A stretch of DNA of 10,532 bases from Vitrella brassicaformis CCMP3155 (taxonomy: Eukaryota; Protista; Chromerida), in the NCBI GenBank assembly GCA_001179505.1, contig CDMY01000920.1, forward strand, positions 1 to 10,532, read 5' to 3'. Positions within the stretch are counted from its first letter, which is position 1; the number at the start of each line of letters is the position of its first letter. The notes under the pieces were generated by a model. It saw nothing but the letters and a program-made list of their open reading frames with translations. It was not told the DNA's origin and ran no database searches. The translations under genes were made by a program, and so were the position numbers. Shown piece by piece: positions 6,901 to 10,532 of the stretch.

Positions 6901-8947
6901 TGCAGCAGCGGCAGCAGGGGGAGGTAGCCCAGGTGCCGCGGCAGCTGCCCAGCCTGACGTGCCGCCATCTGCTGTGGCCGACATGGGTGTTGGTGACGTG
7001 ATGGACGACCAGCCGCCGCCACGACGGCCGCCGTTCGACACCGATGTGAGAGAGAAAGGGGTGGGGATGTGATGGACTGACTGGTGGATGGATGGATGGT
7101 GTGTGGGTGGATGTGTGTGTTCGTAGAGGTGGCTTCGCATCTTGGATGAGGTGGATGAGCGGCACGCTGAGGTCAAGCAGCAAGTGGACGAGGTGAGTGG
7201 GGAGGGGACCTCGGGGCATCACTCACTCATGCCGTCACAATGCGATGTGTCTGTCGTCTCGTCTGGCTGGCTGGCTGTTTGTCCAGGTCCGTCAGAAGGA
7301 GCTGTTGCTGCAGAGTCTGCAGCAGCGACAGATACTTATGGAGGGCGAGAACCAAGACCTCAAAGCCAAGCTGCAAAAGGTCACTCACTGGGCGGCTGGG
7401 CGGGTGGGCGAGAGAACGATCGACTCACACAAATGGATGGATTGATGGATGGATGGAGGCAGATTGAGGCGCATCTGAAGGAGACCTCCCTCAAGTCATC
7501 GCAGCGCATCAAGGACCTCGAGCGACAACTAACCGATGCACTGCAGAGACGAATGGGTCAGCCACTCAGTCAGCCCATTGTAACACCAACCAGTCCGCAA
7601 CACCTGTCTGTCTGTCTGTCTGTCTGTGTGTATGCAGATGCGCGTGACGTGGCCGAGGAGGGGCTGTACATCCTGCAGGCGGCGAGCAGCCCAGACGAGA
7701 TCGTCAAGAGGGCCGCCAAGAAGCAGCTCGAACGAAACATCCAACTCAGAATCAAAAACGTATGCGATGGACGCAAGGCAGACAGACAGCCGCAGCCACA
7801 GCCACCTACGCGCCAATGGATGGATGGTCAGGATGCGCTAGAGTCCGCGCGTCAGGAGATCGAGAAGCGTGCGGACACGATGGCCATCCAGCTGCAGAAT
7901 GCACTGGACAAACTACAGAAGGCGGGGATGCACCAGGAGACCGACGCGCAGCACCTGGCCGAGGGCCCGGGGGCCACACTCAGTGAGGAGAACCACATGC
8001 TCAAGACCGACCTCGCCAAGGTCAGAGAGAGGAATTGCCGCATGTCGGTCGGTGTGTCCCACCCAATGCGATGCATGTATGTATTTATGTCTGTGTCCCG
8101 ATGGATGCGATGCACTTGGCTGGCTGGTCAGACCCGTGAGGAGCTGCAGTCTTTCAAGGATCGATGCATCTACAAGACACTCTACCGCGAGTGAGTAAGC
8201 AGTTACTGCAGCTATCGTATGTATTGTATGGCCATCGCACACAAGACAGACAGACAGACGCACGTCAGTCGTGGATCTGATTGATGTGGCCTCTCGCTCC
8301 ATGTCGGTCGCCTCCCTCGCCCATCCATGTGTGTTGTGTTGGACTCCATTCCCTGCAGGGCATATCAGCGTGGCGTCCGAGATCTCACTGGATGGGATAT
8401 CACATTCGAGGCAAACCGTAAGCACAGCACAGCACATCCACATGTGATGTGTGCCGCAAGCAAGACACACACGCACACAACCAACATTCCCATCGGATGG
8501 ATCCTTGTCCTTCTCTCTCCGTAATTAAAACAGAGAGCGATCTGATAGTCCGTCGCGGCATCGTCCCCCAGCACGATCGCCGCCTGGGCACCTTCCACCT
8601 GTCGTCAGTATTCGACCGCGAGCAGCCAGTGCCCCCGTCGCGGCAGCTGCGGTTCCGTATGAAGCTGCCAGTGGGGGAGACCAAACCCCTTCTGCAGCTC
8701 ATGGTGGAGGAGCAGGACCTGGTGGCCAGAGACCTCGTCAACCAACACGGAGGACAGGCGGGAACGGTAGGTACGCAGGCAGGGATGAATCGCATTCATG
8801 GTGCGTGCGAGGCGTGTGGGTGTGGTGTGTTGAAGATTGTCGTGTCCTGCTGTGTTGGCCTTGCAGGTGTGTGTGGATGGTGTGGGCTCGACGTCGTACG
8901 CGAGGATGCTGGCTCACATCGTGACCGGGTCCTCACCGGCCGAGTGA
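3988..8947 (+). CDS. MAD1: MAD1-like spindle assembly checkpoint / kinetochore coiled-coil protein (about 877 aa, 26 exons)
   Basis: Exons: 3988-4062, 4141-4251, 4322-4409, 4478-4584, 4653-4696, 4781-4884, 4977-5034, 5102-5222, 5295-5414, 5492-5564, 5678-5767, 5875-6018, 6150-6229, 6352-6408, 6533-6589, 6665-6733, 6806-7045, 7127-7192, 7287-7379, 7463-7556, 7638-7759, 7832-8020, 8132-8190, 8359-8417, 8534-8766, 8867-8947; total 2634 nt. All 25 introns are GT-AG (67-168 nt) and phase-consistent with no internal stop. Most of the protein is E/K/Q/L-rich coiled coil. YILQAASSP has MIM spacing, and the C-terminus (GVRDLTGWDITF...FHLSSVF...LRFRM...LLQL...SYARMLAHIVT) parallels the Mad1 CTD. The start may instead be ATG 4171 (842 aa). 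Gene-model confidence is ~0.9; the MAD1 identity is ~0.7. Confidence 0.75.
4104..4126 (+). other. Canonical G-quadruplex-forming motif GGG-tcaa-GGG-tat-GGG-tgta-GGG
   Basis: Four G3 tracts with loops of 4, 3 and 4 nt, and a fifth G3 at 4140-4142, inside predicted intron 1 of the MAD1-like gene. Motif only; folding is not shown. Confidence 0.55.
4587..4608 (+). repeat. (CAGC)n microsatellite in MAD1-like intron 4
   Basis: cagccagccagccagccagcca, directly after the donor. Confidence 0.9.
5592..5610 (+). repeat. (CTAC)n microsatellite in MAD1-like intron 10
   Basis: ctacctacctacctaccta. Confidence 0.9.
6251..6274 (+). repeat. (TGGA)6 microsatellite in MAD1-like intron 13
   Basis: tggatggatggatggatggatgga. 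Confidence 0.9.
6421..6447 (+). repeat. (GGCGA)5 pentanucleotide repeat in MAD1-like intron 14
   Basis: ggcgaggcgaggcgaggcgaggcgagg. Confidence 0.9.
6639..6657 (+). repeat. (GT)n microsatellite in MAD1-like intron 15, between a CTAAT branch-like site and the acceptor
   Basis: gtgtgtgtgtgtgtgtgtg, preceded by gctaat at 6631-6636. Confidence 0.9.
6884..6913 (+). repeat. Coding (GCT)n/(GCA)n repeat encoding 10 alanines in exon 17
   Basis: gct x6 followed by gca gca gcg gca, in frame within ...TVP-A10-GGGSPG. Confidence 0.9.
7606..7627 (+). repeat. (TGTC)n microsatellite in MAD1-like intron 20
   Basis: tgtctgtctgtctgtctgtctg upstream of the acceptor at 7637. Confidence 0.9.
7667..7693 (+). other. 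Candidate Mad2-interaction motif (MIM), YILQAASSP
   Basis: Same 9-residue spacing as human MAD1 KVLHMSLNP (basic, two aliphatics, x, hydrophobic, xxx, P), but Y replaces the basic residue and A occupies position 5. It lies between the long coiled coil and the final coiled coil plus CTD, as in Mad1. Confidence 0.5.
8359..8947 (+). other. RWD-like C-terminal domain of the MAD1-like protein (exons 24-26)
   Basis: Abrupt change from coiled coil to alpha/beta composition. LTGWDITF matches human LTGYQIDI, FHLSSVF matches YRLTSLY, LRFRM matches LIFKA, and the terminal helix SYARMLAHIV matches SIPAFLSSLT. Aligned by eye from recalled sequence. Confidence 0.6.
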
Positions 8948-9209
8948 GTGAACCGAAGAGAAGGGCTCAAAGAGAAGGGCTCGCTGCTGTAGTACTTACA
9001 TGGATTGGGAGACATACCAGATGCATTCATGTCAGTGTCGTGGATGAATTAAGTCGTCACAAACGCACCCACGAGACATACACTTAGGTCATCTGCGAGA
9101 AATGCTACCTCTATCTCGTGACGTCTCATTTCGAGCGTACACAACCAAACGTACGGCCTTAGCGCCTTGGTGACCAACAAAAGACTCGCACTTGTCCTTT
9201 ATTGCCCGC

Positions 9210-10415
9210 TCAGGAAAGCGCCGGTTGGTCGTCGGTCGCCGCATCCGTCTCAGGTTCGCGCACCCAATCAGGAAATGCCAAAGGTATGCGCCCGAGCTAC
9301 ACCAGCTCCATGACCGCCATCCCATGTTCGGGGTCACATGAGCCCTTCCAGTTGATATTCATGCCGACCCACCCCCGCATCATCTCACCCCCCACCCCAC
9401 CCTCCGGCACGTCCGGCAGCCCACCGGGGTCACACACCATCCAGTCTTGCAGCTGTGATTGGTCGAAGCGGGTCTTCAGAATGGACCTGAGGGGAGCCTG
9501 GGGAGTCTTGGCTGCTGTGGTGCCCTGCTGCGGGCCCACTGGTCGGCCCTTGAGCGTCTGACTCGGTCCGTTTTGTCTCCACATGCGCCACAATTGGCTC
9601 GCGTGCCGAGCCAGGCCCCACCTCTCCCACTTGTTGTCTTTGCATCTCTTGTCGTACCTCAGGTGCGAGTACCTGTCGCCTGAATGCATGCATGGTGACA
9701 CACGCACAGGACAGGGCAACCAACCAGGAGACATGGATTAATCGATGGAGTGTCGCTGCCGCTATGGAGCTTACCCATCTGTCCGAGCTCCTCCGCCTCT
9801 TCCTCGAGGGCGTATGTGCGGATCTCACTGACGGGCAGAGGCCCGATGGGTCGCTTGTCCGTTCCGTGCTCATACATGGCGAACCGGACGCCGGTTGTCT
9901 TGGTGTCATAGACGCAACTGCTCACACGAACACATATATAGAGAGGGAGGGAGACATGAGTGGGGGTCGTAATGTGTGTGTCTCTCTTCTCAGCTCGCTC
10001 GTTGCCTTTCCGCCTCCACTTACGGTTCCTCGGGATCAAAGAGGTCCTGCACAAACAAAGGGGTGTCCATGATATCTTGACCCATCTCCACGGCCGCGTC
10101 ATAGAGCTCTTTGCCCACGTCCAGCCAGCTCACCGAATGCGCCGGCTGCTGCGCCGGCTGCTCGCGGACAGGCCGGGCAGCGGCTGCCGGGGTGGTGGCT
10201 GCGAGGCTTGGCAAGGGTGGGAGAGGGAGTGGGAGCGCGGTCCCATCTCTGTCGTCCTCCCTTTGGTCACTGAAGAGCTCCGTCTCCACATACAACTCAA
10301 TCTGGCGGTCGACCAAAGTGTCCTTCTCCTTGTCAGTCTGAAGCCGTGTCTTGGCCTCCTTGACCGTGAGGCACTCGATTTCCTCCAGCCCCATCTCCTG
10401 GGCCAACTGCTGCTC
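9210..10415 (-). CDS. Hypothetical protein, at least 4 exons (287 aa visible), probably 5'-partial; possible GYF_2-like motif
   Basis: Exons (minus): 10415-10024, 9917-9775, 9679-9438, 9296-9210 (TGA). GT-AG introns of 106, 95 and 141 nt have consistent phases 2,1,0. An in-frame TAG directly precedes 10415, so this is either a splice acceptor or translation starts at ATG 10394 (280 aa). The last intron is less certain; without it the protein ends at TAG 9297. AATAAA lies 6 nt after the stop (9203-9198). Confidence 0.75.
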
Positions 10416-10532
10416 CTAAGAGTCTGTGAGCGAAAAGGCCGGTGAGGACCTTTCCTGTAGTTAGCTGAATAGAGGATCTGCTGGGCGGTAAGTCCCAGAG
10501 TAAGAGTGCTTTTACTTTAATAAGACCGATGG

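Noticed and set aside
4141-8020. Myosin tail, SMC, golgin or intermediate-filament identity for the coiled-coil gene
   Set aside because: No motor domain, Walker A/B, GRIP domain or terminal TM is visible; the C-terminus fits Mad1 better. Not formally excluded without a profile search.
7142-8194. 350-aa + strand ORF, the longest in the track, as a standalone gene
   Set aside because: It is a read-through of MAD1-like exons and introns. Segments such as LSVCLSVCVY are translated microsatellite, and exon 19 is out of frame in it.
9089-9337. 82-aa minus-strand ORF as the terminal exon of gene 4
   Set aside because: The phase-0 donor at 9437 joins the 9297 acceptor in a different frame that stops at 9210; this frame has no matching donor.
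9960-10445. 161-aa + strand ORF, plus + strand ORFs 9202-9561 and 9692-10072
   Set aside because: Antisense to gene 4; splice signals in this region are oriented on the minus strand.
1-10532. CRISPR array, transposon, tRNA/rRNA or prokaryotic operon
   Set aside because: No regularly spaced 25-45 nt repeats, terminal inverted repeats, transposase/RT motifs or RNA-gene signatures seen; the window is accounted for by spliceosomal genes and simple repeats.

Overview
Eukaryotic, intron-dense, GC-rich genomic DNA. The short GT-AG introns full of GT/GGAT/CAGC microsatellites and the protein family of gene 2 point to the chromerid Vitrella brassicaformis or a close relative (inference, no search run). 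The six-frame ORF track is mostly misleading here, so I rebuilt four gene models by hand using splice sites and phase consistency. (1) + 251-934: two-TM membrane protein, possibly lacking an upstream exon. (2) - 3886..1595: 5 exons, 638 aa, degenerate F-box-like N-terminus followed by LRR-like repeats. (3) + 3988..8947: 26 exons, about 877 aa, a long coiled coil with a Mad2-interaction-like motif and an RWD-like C-terminus, best read as a divergent MAD1. (4) - 10415..9210: at least 4 exons, probably 5'-partial, with a possible GYF_2-like motif. Genes 2 and 3 are head-to-head with about 100 bp between predicted starts. No RNA gene, transposon or CRISPR array is supported. The most interesting item is the divergent MAD1-like gene: its Mad2-binding motif is altered, it has no recognisable RLK motif, and tandem splice donors could remove or replace its C-terminal domain.
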